This document shows positions 50,341 to 58,732 of a stretch of DNA of 64,000 bases, in pieces. Each line of letters begins with the position of its first letter. Position 1 is the stretch's first letter. Source of the stretch: a virus; IMG/VR virus record IMGVR_UViG_3300026544_000001, positions 32,001 through 96,000 of that record; one strand, written 5' to 3'. The notes under the pieces are model-generated. The model was not told the origin of the DNA. It was given only the letters and a program-made list of their open reading frames with translations, and searched no databases. The translations under genes and the position numbers were made by a program.

Positions 50341-51189
50341 ATGGAATTCGCAGAAGACGAAAAAGGAATATGGTTAATTCAGCCAAATGGACGAAGAAGA
50401 AGGGCAATCAAAACAAGTTGCAAACACTGCAATAAAGAATTCTTTACACCCAAGAGAACACAGATTGCTAAATTCTGTTCAAGAGAGTGTGTAATAAACT
50501 CAAAATCGCATAAACGAAGAATAACACAGTGTGTTAATTGTGGTAAAGATACTAAAAACGATAAATTTTGCAGTCATAGTTGTAGTGCTGCTTTTAATAA
50601 TAAAAGAAGAAAATTAAGTAAAGAGACGAAAGCTAAAATTAGTATTGCCGCAGTATCAAATATGAGTCATCTTAATTTTATAGGAAATAAAAGTACCAAG
50701 CGTAGACCAAAGTATTGCAAATTGTATTTATGCAAATGTAAAAAATGTGGAAAAGATTTTCTATACAAAAGAAAAGATAAAAAATGCTGTTCGGATAAAT
50801 GCTACCATGAAACAGTAGGAGGGTATAGAGAAAACTCTGTAAGATCAAATGGTGCATATGTTACAGACTCGTTTGGTAATAATGTTTATCTGCAATCTTC
50901 CTATGAACTTGAATGTGCAAAAGTTCTTGATCGTAATAACATAAAATGGGTCAGGCCATCTTATTTAAAGTATAGAGATTCTTTAGGTAAAAATAGAAAG
51001 TATTATCCAGATTTTTACTTACCTAGTATAGATGTGTATCTTGATCCTAAAAATAAATTACTTATAGGTAGAGATACTGAGAAAATACATTTAGCGTCTA
51101 TTCAAAATAATGTAAAGATACTTATTCTTGGGAAAGATATAATATATAATGAAAAACTACTTTTAAAAACAGTATTAATCAAAACTTAA
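50341..51189 (+). CDS. Putative homing endonuclease: Cys repeats plus TnsA-like PD-(D/E)xK nuclease
   Basis: Three CxxC..CSxxC repeats; SSYE...YYPDFYLP...YLDPK; next to the tRNA genes. Confidence 0.8.
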   Translation: MEFAEDEKGIWLIQPNGRRRRAIKTSCKHCNKEFFTPKRTQIAKFCSRECVINSKSHKRRITQCVNCGKDTKNDKFCSHSCSAAFNNKRRKLSKETKAKISIAAVSNMSHLNFIGNKSTKRRPKYCKLYLCKCKKCGKDFLYKRKDKKCCSDKCYHETVGGYRENSVRSNGAYVTDSFGNNVYLQSSYELECAKVLDRNNIKWVRPSYLKYRDSLGKNRKYYPDFYLPSIDVYLDPKNKLLIGRDTEKIHLASIQNNVKILILGKDIIYNEKLLLKTVLIKT

Positions 51190-51370
51190 AACTTATTGTT
51201 ATATAATTATTAAAAATTTAAAAGGATAATTTAATGGATGAAATAGCTGATGAATGTGCAGATATAATTGATAATGTGTTAGAACGTAAGGGTATAACAC
51301 TATCACCTATGGAAATAGATGAAGTAAGAGATATAATACAAACTATATTAGAAGATGGTGGTTATTAATA

Positions 51371-51583
51371 ATGGATCTTATGGGTAATATACTGATAATA
51401 GTATCTATGATAATTGTATTTATAGGTATAAGTAGTATGCTTATAAGAAGCACTAAACCTTGTCCTGAGTGTGGTGGTACAATGACTACAGTAGGTTACA
51501 TAGGCGATAGAAACGGTCCAGCTGTAGATAACATACTTTGGGAATGTAAAGATTGTAACTATAATGAACAGGAGTTGGTGTGA
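51371..51583 (+). CDS. Small membrane-anchored zinc-ribbon protein
   Basis: TM segment, then CPECG...CKDC. Confidence 0.65.
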   Translation: MDLMGNILIIVSMIIVFIGISSMLIRSTKPCPECGGTMTTVGYIGDRNGPAVDNILWECKDCNYNEQELV

Positions 51584-52005
51584 AGGTACATAGTAGAAGA
51601 AACTCTAACAAACGTAATAAGAAGATGGAAAGTCAACGTAGATATAGAGGTAAAGACTTTGCTAAAAGAGATAAACAAATAGCAGATAAGTTCTCTAGTA
51701 TTAAAAGAGTTGAGTTATATAGTAAAGTATATAAAGAAGTTAATTTCAATGGAGAAACTACTTTTAGAGGTAGCGTAAAGACAGAACCAAAACCTATACT
51801 ACTTACTGATGTAGTAGTAGATGGCACATACATTGAATATGTATGGGTTACTATAGGACAAGAAGATTGGGCGAAATTAGCTATGTTACCAAAAGATAGA
51901 GACTCTTACAGAATATATCTAACTGGTGAAGTTCATAAGTATATGACAGATAAATGCTCTACTGAGAAGATAGGTATAAGAAAAGCAAGGTTAATACATG
52001 AGTAA
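51580..52005 (+). CDS. Hypothetical protein, similar to 18822..19133
   Basis: Shared motifs with 18822..19133. Confidence 0.7.
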   Translation: MKVHSRRNSNKRNKKMESQRRYRGKDFAKRDKQIADKFSSIKRVELYSKVYKEVNFNGETTFRGSVKTEPKPILLTDVVVDGTYIEYVWVTIGQEDWAKLAMLPKDRDSYRIYLTGEVHKYMTDKCSTEKIGIRKARLIHE

Positions 52006-52261
52006 TATAATTAAGTATAGTAAAGCTATTAGAGCTTATAGTAATGAGATAGGAACTCCTATTGTAGCTGATATGGATATAGGCGAAATAGCTATGTACT
52101 GGTATGACAAGTACTGCGAGTTAAAAGAAGTAGAAATAAATAACTTTGCACAAGGTATGGAGTATATGGCTAGAGCTACTGCAGCTGAAAGTAAAGCTAA
52201 TGCCTATGCAGAAGCACTGGAAAGTGTACTACTTGTTAGCAGACCTAAGAGGTTATCATGA
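51998..52261 (+). CDS. Hypothetical protein
   Basis: Coupled ORF. Confidence 0.6.
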   Translation: MSNIIKYSKAIRAYSNEIGTPIVADMDIGEIAMYWYDKYCELKEVEINNFAQGMEYMARATAAESKANAYAEALESVLLVSRPKRLS

Positions 52262-52512
52262 ATACAGTAATACTATACGGATTAGTTATTTCTATTATGA
52301 GTTTCTTATATATAGATGTACAAGCTAAGGATAAAGAGATAGCTGATCTTGAGAATAAACTAGTCAACCAGAAAGCTTATCTAGAAGATAAAGTTAAGAA
52401 AGTTGCATTTAATGTAAAGATGCTTACTAAGAAACAATCTATAGAGGAGAAGATTAACTATGACAAGAATAGCTCTAGTGTTAATATCAATAGCTTACGT
52501 ATTTACTATTAG
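52258..52512 (+). CDS. Putative i-spanin (Rz-like)
   Basis: N-terminal TM plus coiled coil; overlaps a lipoprotein gene. Confidence 0.6.
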   Translation: MNTVILYGLVISIMSFLYIDVQAKDKEIADLENKLVNQKAYLEDKVKKVAFNVKMLTKKQSIEEKINYDKNSSSVNINSLRIYY

Positions 52513-52738
52513 TGGATGTGGTACTGAAGCAACTCCTGCAGTACGTCAAAGATTTGAAATGCAGAAAATAGATCTACCAGAAGGTAGTGTGTATGTAGAA
52601 GTAGATAGTGTGGAAACTAGAACTAAATGTACACCAGTTGTGTTAGAAGTAAGTAAAGTACTTAGAGGGGTAATAGGTTTCTATGAGTATCAAGTAGATG
52701 AGTATAATAAGGCAGACAATAATGAAAGTCATAAATAA
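52460..52738 (+). CDS. Lipoprotein, putative o-spanin (Rz1-like)
   Basis: Signal peptide with ISG-C lipobox; overlaps the i-spanin candidate. Confidence 0.65.
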   Translation: MTRIALVLISIAYVFTISGCGTEATPAVRQRFEMQKIDLPEGSVYVEVDSVETRTKCTPVVLEVSKVLRGVIGFYEYQVDEYNKADNNESHK

Positions 52739-53300
52739 ACTTATTGAAGATAAGATGGATGAAGCAGATAAGTTACATCTACATAATGTTAATTGCATAG
52801 CTACGTTATTAGCTAGTATTATGATGTTAGATGATTATGATCTAATGGTAGTTAGTATAGCTGCAGGTATACATGACATAGGTAAGATACAACTAGATCA
52901 GGATGTACTGAATGCAGAAAGAAGGCTTACCGAGGAAGAGTATAAACACGTTAAGCAACATAGTCATAATAGCTCAGAACTATTCATACGTAATGTATCA
53001 GATAGTATGGACACTAACCTAGTGATAGCTATATCAAAAGCAATAATGTATCATCATGAAAGAGAGTCAGGAGAAGGTTACCCTGGAGGACTCAAAGGGC
53101 GTGCTATACCTATTCATGCTAAAATAATAGCTGTAGCTGATGTGTACGATGCATTAAGTAGCAAAAGATGTTATAAGGATAGTTGGGATACTGAAGAAGT
53201 AGATAAACATTTCATTGAAAACAGTGGTAAACTGTATGATAGAGATGTAGTTAAAGCATTATTAGGATGCACATACAATATAAGGAAGTTATACAAATGA
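52722..53300 (+). CDS. Stand-alone HD-GYP cyclic-dinucleotide phosphodiesterase
   Basis: HDIGK, LTEEE...KQH, HHER..G.GYP.GLKG..IP..AKIIAVADVYDAL...R.YK. Confidence 0.93.
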   Translation: MKVINKLIEDKMDEADKLHLHNVNCIATLLASIMMLDDYDLMVVSIAAGIHDIGKIQLDQDVLNAERRLTEEEYKHVKQHSHNSSELFIRNVSDSMDTNLVIAISKAIMYHHERESGEGYPGGLKGRAIPIHAKIIAVADVYDALSSKRCYKDSWDTEEVDKHFIENSGKLYDRDVVKALLGCTYNIRKLYK

Positions 53301-53503
53301 AAAAGCAAGATATAAAATTAACTGTAAGATACATAGTACTAGGTTTCATAATGTACCTAGCGTATAGAGTAACTAGTGCTGAGTATATAATTAGTTTAAA
53401 AGATGTAAACTCAACTACATTACAAGTAGTAGTAGGTGCAATCTTCGGAGCGCTTACAATGATTACTGGCAAGCATTTTTCTGAATCTATAGATAAAGAT
53501 TAA
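53297..53503 (+). CDS. Putative holin (2 TM)
   Basis: Two TM segments and a charged C-terminus; sits within the lysis cassette; probable start MKKQD. Confidence 0.55.
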   Translation: MKKQDIKLTVRYIVLGFIMYLAYRVTSAEYIISLKDVNSTTLQVVVGAIFGALTMITGKHFSESIDKD

Positions 53504-53530
53504 TATTAGTTCATACTTAGAAGGATAAAA

Positions 53531-53866
53531 ATGATTTTACATGAAGATATTTTAAATAATAAGTCACCAGGGAATGGTAAAATAATAAGTACTTTTAAAA
53601 AGTTACCTGACAGGATTAAATCTATACATGGTGATAAGCGTATTAGAGAGGTAGCTAGAAAAGCTGGACTAAAGTATAAAATACATTATATGATTAAAAC
53701 AAAAAATGCTATGGGTATTGAGAAGAAGCTTCTTACTTTTGGTAAGCCAGTAGATGCAGGTAATATAGACGGAAAAACAGAATTCAGAGAAATAGACGAT
53801 AAGTTATTCGGAAGCTTTAGTTGGGTGTTAAAAGAACACTTCAACACAACAATAGATAAGGATTAG
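53531..53866 (+). CDS. Degenerate T5orf172/GIY-YIG-like protein
   Basis: RIREV...IEKKL...DGKTEF present, N-terminal GIY-YIG motif missing. Confidence 0.45.
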   Translation: MILHEDILNNKSPGNGKIISTFKKLPDRIKSIHGDKRIREVARKAGLKYKIHYMIKTKNAMGIEKKLLTFGKPVDAGNIDGKTEFREIDDKLFGSFSWVLKEHFNTTIDKD

Positions 53867-53868
53867 AT

Positions 53869-54264
53869 ATGGGTTATAGATTTGGTAAGACTAGCTTAAG
53901 TAGGCTGGTAGGAGTAGATAATAAATTAGTTGAAGTTGCAAAGACAGCTATTAACATAAGTAAACAAGACTTTACAATAGTAGAAGGATTACGTACACCT
54001 GAGAGACAGCTAGAGTTGTATGAAAAAGGTATGAGTGAGTTAGATGGTTATAAAAATATAAGCTCACATCAATTGGGAGAAGCTATAGATATAGCTCCAT
54101 ATAAAGATGGTAAACTACTATGGTCGTTAACTAACAGTAGAGAATGGTTAGAAATAGGTAGAGCAATGCTAAGGGCAGCTAGATTGCATGATGTTGATAT
54201 AGAATGGGGAATAGGTTATAACATAGGTACTGGTTATGATGCTCCACATTTTCAACTAAAATAA
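53869..54264 (+). CDS. Endolysin, M15 L-alanyl-D-glutamate peptidase
   Basis: S..RL.GV, EGLRT.ERQ..LY, SSH..G.AID, WG and D.PHFQL. Confidence 0.92.
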   Translation: MGYRFGKTSLSRLVGVDNKLVEVAKTAINISKQDFTIVEGLRTPERQLELYEKGMSELDGYKNISSHQLGEAIDIAPYKDGKLLWSLTNSREWLEIGRAMLRAARLHDVDIEWGIGYNIGTGYDAPHFQLK

Positions 54265-54350
54265 TAAGTCTAAAGTATGTAAGCTGAATGTAATATAAAT
54301 TAGCCTATAATGATTTATAAAATAACGAATATTTAACACAGGTAGATATA

Positions 54351-54605
54351 ATGGATAAAAGAATTGCTAAATTAGAGTCTGAATTACAACAGCTGCAAAT
54401 AACAATGAAGATGATGGATGGTACCTTAGAGATACTTAATGGTACACTATCTCGTTTTAATGAATCAGTAAATCATATAAATGAAATAGAAAATATACTA
54501 TATAAGAAAGAACAAAGAAGAACCATAATATGTGCAAGTGCTATAATACTTAGCGTAGGTTCTATTGCTGGTATATTAACTGCAATTACAATGTTTAAAG
54601 GGTAG
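54351..54605 (+). CDS. Coiled-coil protein with C-terminal TM (XhlA/holin-like)
   Basis: Architecture; host-type promoter upstream. Confidence 0.6.
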   Translation: MDKRIAKLESELQQLQITMKMMDGTLEILNGTLSRFNESVNHINEIENILYKKEQRRTIICASAIILSVGSIAGILTAITMFKG

Positions 54606-54609
54606 TAAG

Positions 54610-55080
54610 ATGAGTAAGTATACTGAAATAGAAACTAAAATAAATAAGATGTCAAAAGACTTTAAAGATCAAATACGTGCACTTACAGTTGTCGGTCAGA
54701 GTGAAATAAGTGATTTTGCAATAGACATAAAAACAGATGAGAATAAAGATGTAGTTAGATTCGTTATCCATGCAAATGATGTACTTAATACAAAACAAAT
54801 ACATATAACAAACGCTATAGTAGATATACTTGAAGAGATGCTAAATATTAAAAAAGAAGTTGTTGCAGGTTTAGATGAAATAGAAAACAGAAGAATAACG
54901 CCTAAGAAAGTTGTATCTAAAGGATGGGGTATAATAGAAAAAATAACGGGGTTAAAAACCATACTAGCTTTGATTGTTATACTTGGTATACTTGGTATAT
55001 TTATTACTATGCCAGATCAGACAATAGAGTTATTTAGAAGTGGCGGTTTAAAAGAATTATTAAAAGGTATATTAAGATGA
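54610..55080 (+). CDS. Membrane-anchored protein with C-terminal TM
   Basis: ILALIVILGILGIFIT segment. Confidence 0.65.
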   Translation: MSKYTEIETKINKMSKDFKDQIRALTVVGQSEISDFAIDIKTDENKDVVRFVIHANDVLNTKQIHITNAIVDILEEMLNIKKEVVAGLDEIENRRITPKKVVSKGWGIIEKITGLKTILALIVILGILGIFITMPDQTIELFRSGGLKELLKGILR

Positions 55081-55739
55081 GTATGTTTAATTTTATAAAA
55101 AAGTTATTTAACAAAGAGGAATCTGAAAGTATAATAGAGTACAACCTTGAGGAAGAAACATTGGAACCTGATGACAAGCCTTTGATATGTGCAGATTGTA
55201 ATCTGCAGAAGATAGGTAATTGTAATCCGTGTATAATGGATAATATAGCATTTGTTAATAGTTACCATGCTAATAGAAAAACTCTAATAATTGTAGATGA
55301 TAACAGAGGTTCAGCATCATTTCTAGCAGATGACCTGTATAGAGAGATAGGTGAGGATATTAACATCATAACATTTACTAGTGAGTATGCAGGTTTTATA
55401 TTGGAAGAGATGTTAGATAAGACTGGTATAGGTGTAGACTATGCTATACTAGATATAACCCTAGGTGGAATAAGAAGACTAGGTGGAAAGAATGTTGTAT
55501 ACGATGGAGTAGATATATATAAAATACTAATGGAAAAGAATAGTGAAACAGAGTATCTATTCTATACAAGTAATAATATGAATAAACAGTTGAAAACTAT
55601 CAATGCTTTAATAGTAAAGTATAATAAAACTAATAGAGGTAATGATATAGAAAATAAGATAATCTATAAAGCTAGTAAATTTTCAAAACAAGATATAGAG
55701 AGCATCATTAGTAAATTAAATATTAAAAGGAGCAGATAA
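55077..55739 (+). CDS. Stand-alone response-regulator receiver (REC) protein with a 4-Cys motif
   Basis: LIIVDDN, AILDITL (phospho-Asp), DGVD, LFYTS, IYK; CADC-x7-CNPC upstream. Confidence 0.85.
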   Translation: MSMFNFIKKLFNKEESESIIEYNLEEETLEPDDKPLICADCNLQKIGNCNPCIMDNIAFVNSYHANRKTLIIVDDNRGSASFLADDLYREIGEDINIITFTSEYAGFILEEMLDKTGIGVDYAILDITLGGIRRLGGKNVVYDGVDIYKILMEKNSETEYLFYTSNNMNKQLKTINALIVKYNKTNRGNDIENKIIYKASKFSKQDIESIISKLNIKRSR

Positions 55740-56350
55740 TGCCAGGTAGTTTAAAAACAACGTTACTTTCACTTCTTGTTATCTTTATAATCTTTGTTGG
55801 GTACGTAACAGGTAAAATGGTAGTAGAGAATATAGCTAGTAGTCAGAATATACTAAATCTTAACAGTGTATCTAAATGTGCTAAGAAACTAACAAGATGT
55901 GATATTAGTAATGTTGACGAAAAGCAAATAGTTGAAGTTATGAATATATGTGCAAAGAATGTTAGATCAATTGGTCAAACTGGAGATATGTTTGTTATAC
56001 GTAAAAGTGATGCTAAAATAGTATGGGATGCTTCTCAAGATTGTAGTGTATCTGATAGTAATAAAGCTTTCCTTACCAAAGAAGGTGTGTGTAAGTTATT
56101 TACAAAACCAGATACGTGTAAACAAGCATCTTATATAATGAGAAATGAACCTCCTAGAGGGACATTAAAGTGGACATTTGATGATAGTGAAGAAATAGTT
56201 AATTATCTATACCTAGCTTGTTCTATAGATAATGATCATTACATACTTGGTTGTGGTGCACAAACAGATGAGATAATAACTACACTTAGGGTATTTATTA
56301 TACCTGTACTTTCTCTTCTAGTAATCTTACTTATCGTTATATCAGTATAG
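55739..56350 (+). CDS. Two-TM periplasmic Cache-like sensor without a cytoplasmic domain
   Basis: TM, IGQTGDMFVI...KIVWD, YILGCGAQTDEI, TM; Cys-rich. Confidence 0.65.
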   Translation: MPGSLKTTLLSLLVIFIIFVGYVTGKMVVENIASSQNILNLNSVSKCAKKLTRCDISNVDEKQIVEVMNICAKNVRSIGQTGDMFVIRKSDAKIVWDASQDCSVSDSNKAFLTKEGVCKLFTKPDTCKQASYIMRNEPPRGTLKWTFDDSEEIVNYLYLACSIDNDHYILGCGAQTDEIITTLRVFIIPVLSLLVILLIVISV

Positions 56351-56362
56351 AGTTCATTAGAT

Positions 56363-57547
56363 ATGTTAATACATAAGATAATAATAATTATAGCATTCAC
56401 AATTGTTATGACGCTTGTGGAGCAAGTAGTTAATAACATGTATAAACTACTTAATTCACAGAAGTACTACTATTTACAATACAATAAAGGTAAAGAGATA
56501 ACTAGGAGAGAGTGTGTAAAACTATTTAACTGTAAATATGTTATTAAGATAGATAGCTATAAATTTGTAAAAAAGACTTTTGATAAAGGTTATGTTATAT
56601 CTAAAGAAGAGGTTATTCCTACATGGAAAGCAATACTTGATAATAAAGTATACATAGATCTAAATACAATGATGGTTGGTGTTAGAGCTGGTAAGGATAG
56701 AATAATTTTTAAAAACATATTTATCATTACAGGTAATAATATAAGAACAATTATGGTTAGTAGCCCTATATATGTGTTGTTTATACTCTATATGGTTATT
56801 GTACTTAATGATGGAAAAAGAAAACATGATATAATTAAAAATAGAATGAATGAGTACAGTGTTGAGTTAAGAGGTATTATAATGTTTAGTGAAAATCTTA
56901 ATCATGAAGTTAACAATGCATTAAGTGTAATAAATAATAAAGCTCGACTTGCATTGGAAAAAGTTAATAGAACATGTATGGGTAAAGAGATAATAAACAA
57001 TGATTTTGAATATATATTTGATGCATGTGATCAGATAGAAACTATAACAAAGAAGTTACAAGGTATAAAACACTTTAAGCATAATAGCGATCATAGAACA
57101 TTATATGAGGTTATACAAAAATCATTTGATTTCGCTACACTAGGTTCACCTAATGTAAAAACTACTATAGATGAAAAACTACTTAGTTATGAAGCTAAAG
57201 GTATTAGTAATATTGACCTTCATGGTAGATTACTAAACCATATAAAGAATAGTATAGAGGCTAAAGCTAGTGAAATAAAAATAGTACTAGGTAAACTAAA
57301 AGGGGATACTATCGGGTTATATATTATAGATAATGGTAATGGTGTACCTGCAGAAGTTAGGAATACTTTATTTGATGAAAATGTAAGTAGTAAGAAAGAT
57401 AAAAACTATGTAGGTGGTAATGGTATGTATATTAACAAACACATAATGAAAGCCTATGGAGGGGATATACGTCTTGTTAGTAGTATACCTGGTAAAACCG
57501 TATTTGAATTATCATTTAAATACAGAAAGATATCAAGCAAAAATTAA
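56363..57547 (+). CDS. Membrane sensor histidine kinase (HisKA + HATPase_c)
   Basis: Two TM; H-box NHEVNNAL, N-box NHIKNSIEA, G1 DNGNG, F-box LF, G2 GGNGMYI, YGGDI. Confidence 0.93.
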   Translation: MLIHKIIIIIAFTIVMTLVEQVVNNMYKLLNSQKYYYLQYNKGKEITRRECVKLFNCKYVIKIDSYKFVKKTFDKGYVISKEEVIPTWKAILDNKVYIDLNTMMVGVRAGKDRIIFKNIFIITGNNIRTIMVSSPIYVLFILYMVIVLNDGKRKHDIIKNRMNEYSVELRGIIMFSENLNHEVNNALSVINNKARLALEKVNRTCMGKEIINNDFEYIFDACDQIETITKKLQGIKHFKHNSDHRTLYEVIQKSFDFATLGSPNVKTTIDEKLLSYEAKGISNIDLHGRLLNHIKNSIEAKASEIKIVLGKLKGDTIGLYIIDNGNGVPAEVRNTLFDENVSSKKDKNYVGGNGMYINKHIMKAYGGDIRLVSSIPGKTVFELSFKYRKISSKN

Positions 57548-57594
57548 GAAGGATTAGTATATAATTACATATAATTTATAAAAGGAGAACAACC

Positions 57595-58050
57595 TTGACT
57601 CAACAACAAGCAGAAGAACTATTTGAATCTATAGGTAAATCAGTAGATGAAAGATTAAAAAAAGATAGGTTAACTGTACTTATAGGGCAAGAGAAGTTCT
57701 ATAAACTTAAGTTAGAGACTATAGGTAAAGAAACTGATGAGTTAGTTGAATACTTTCTAAAAAAATCAAATATTACAACTAATAAGAAAAGATCTCCTTG
57801 GTTAAACAAGGTATTAACTAAACTAGGTATGGTCCCTATATTAGTAGCACTAAGTATAACTAGTGTATCATACAGCAGTACTGTGGTGGTTAATGAAGAT
57901 GTTATGATAGACTTAGCATTTGAGCCTAAACAATCTTTAACTTGTAAACTACTACATGAAGGTTGTGGTACAGATTTATACAAAAAACTTTGGGGTACAG
58001 ATAAAGGTAACTTGAAGAATAACTATGGTATACTTTCTACAATAAGTTAA
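57595..58050 (+). CDS. Hypothetical protein
   Basis: AAAGGAG RBS and TTG start; ELFESIGKSV resembles DLAESMGLSV of 58733..60391. Confidence 0.65.
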   Translation: MTQQQAEELFESIGKSVDERLKKDRLTVLIGQEKFYKLKLETIGKETDELVEYFLKKSNITTNKKRSPWLNKVLTKLGMVPILVALSITSVSYSSTVVVNEDVMIDLAFEPKQSLTCKLLHEGCGTDLYKKLWGTDKGNLKNNYGILSTIS

Positions 58051-58059
58051 GGAGTTGCC

Positions 58060-58713
58060 GTGAATATCAAAATATGTACAAAATGTAAACAAGAATTGAC
58101 ATTTGATAAATTTGCAAAAGCAAAGAAAGGTAAATTCGGTATAGAGGCTGTATGTAAAGAATGCAAAAAAATGTATACTAGAAGTGTAGATGGGTTAGTT
58201 AGAGAATTATTTAATCAACAGAAAAAATCTAGTAAACATAGAAATCAAGTAGGTACTGTAGAATATACACTTGAGGAATTACAATCTTGGTGCAAAGGTC
58301 AAAAAGAATTCAAGAATCTATATGATAATTGGGTAAAGTCTGACTATAACACTAAGTTGAGACCGTCGATAGATAGGCTTGATGACTATAAAGGTTATTC
58401 ATTTGATAATATTCAACTGATGACATGGATAGAAAACAAGCAAAAGGGCCACGACTCTCGTAAAAATGGCAGCAATAATAAAGATAGTAAGGCTGTGGTT
58501 CAACTAGATATGGATGGTAACTTTATTGCAGAGTTCTACTCTCAAAAAGAAGCTATGCGTCAAACTGGTATAAACCATGCTAGAATATCTAAAGTATGTA
58601 GAGGCGATTGTACAACCAACCCTGTTGGTAAACAATATAAAAGCTTAAGTACAGGTGGTTTTAAGTGGATGTTCAAAACAGAATATGATAGCTTAAACCC
58701 TAATAATTTATAA
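58060..58713 (+). CDS. Homing endonuclease-like protein (HNH-like core plus NUMOD1)
   Basis: CTKC..CKEC, PSIDRLD..KGY..DNIQL...EN, VVQLD..G..I..F.S..EA...GFKW. Confidence 0.85.
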   Translation: MNIKICTKCKQELTFDKFAKAKKGKFGIEAVCKECKKMYTRSVDGLVRELFNQQKKSSKHRNQVGTVEYTLEELQSWCKGQKEFKNLYDNWVKSDYNTKLRPSIDRLDDYKGYSFDNIQLMTWIENKQKGHDSRKNGSNNKDSKAVVQLDMDGNFIAEFYSQKEAMRQTGINHARISKVCRGDCTTNPVGKQYKSLSTGGFKWMFKTEYDSLNPNNL

Positions 58714-58732
58714 AACAAGAAAAGGATTTAAC

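Noticed and set aside
52698-57547. Host chromosomal DNA or prophage boundary explaining the signalling genes
   Set aside because: The genes overlap phage lysis genes, virion genes continue on both sides, composition looks unchanged, and there is no integrase, att site or housekeeping gene.
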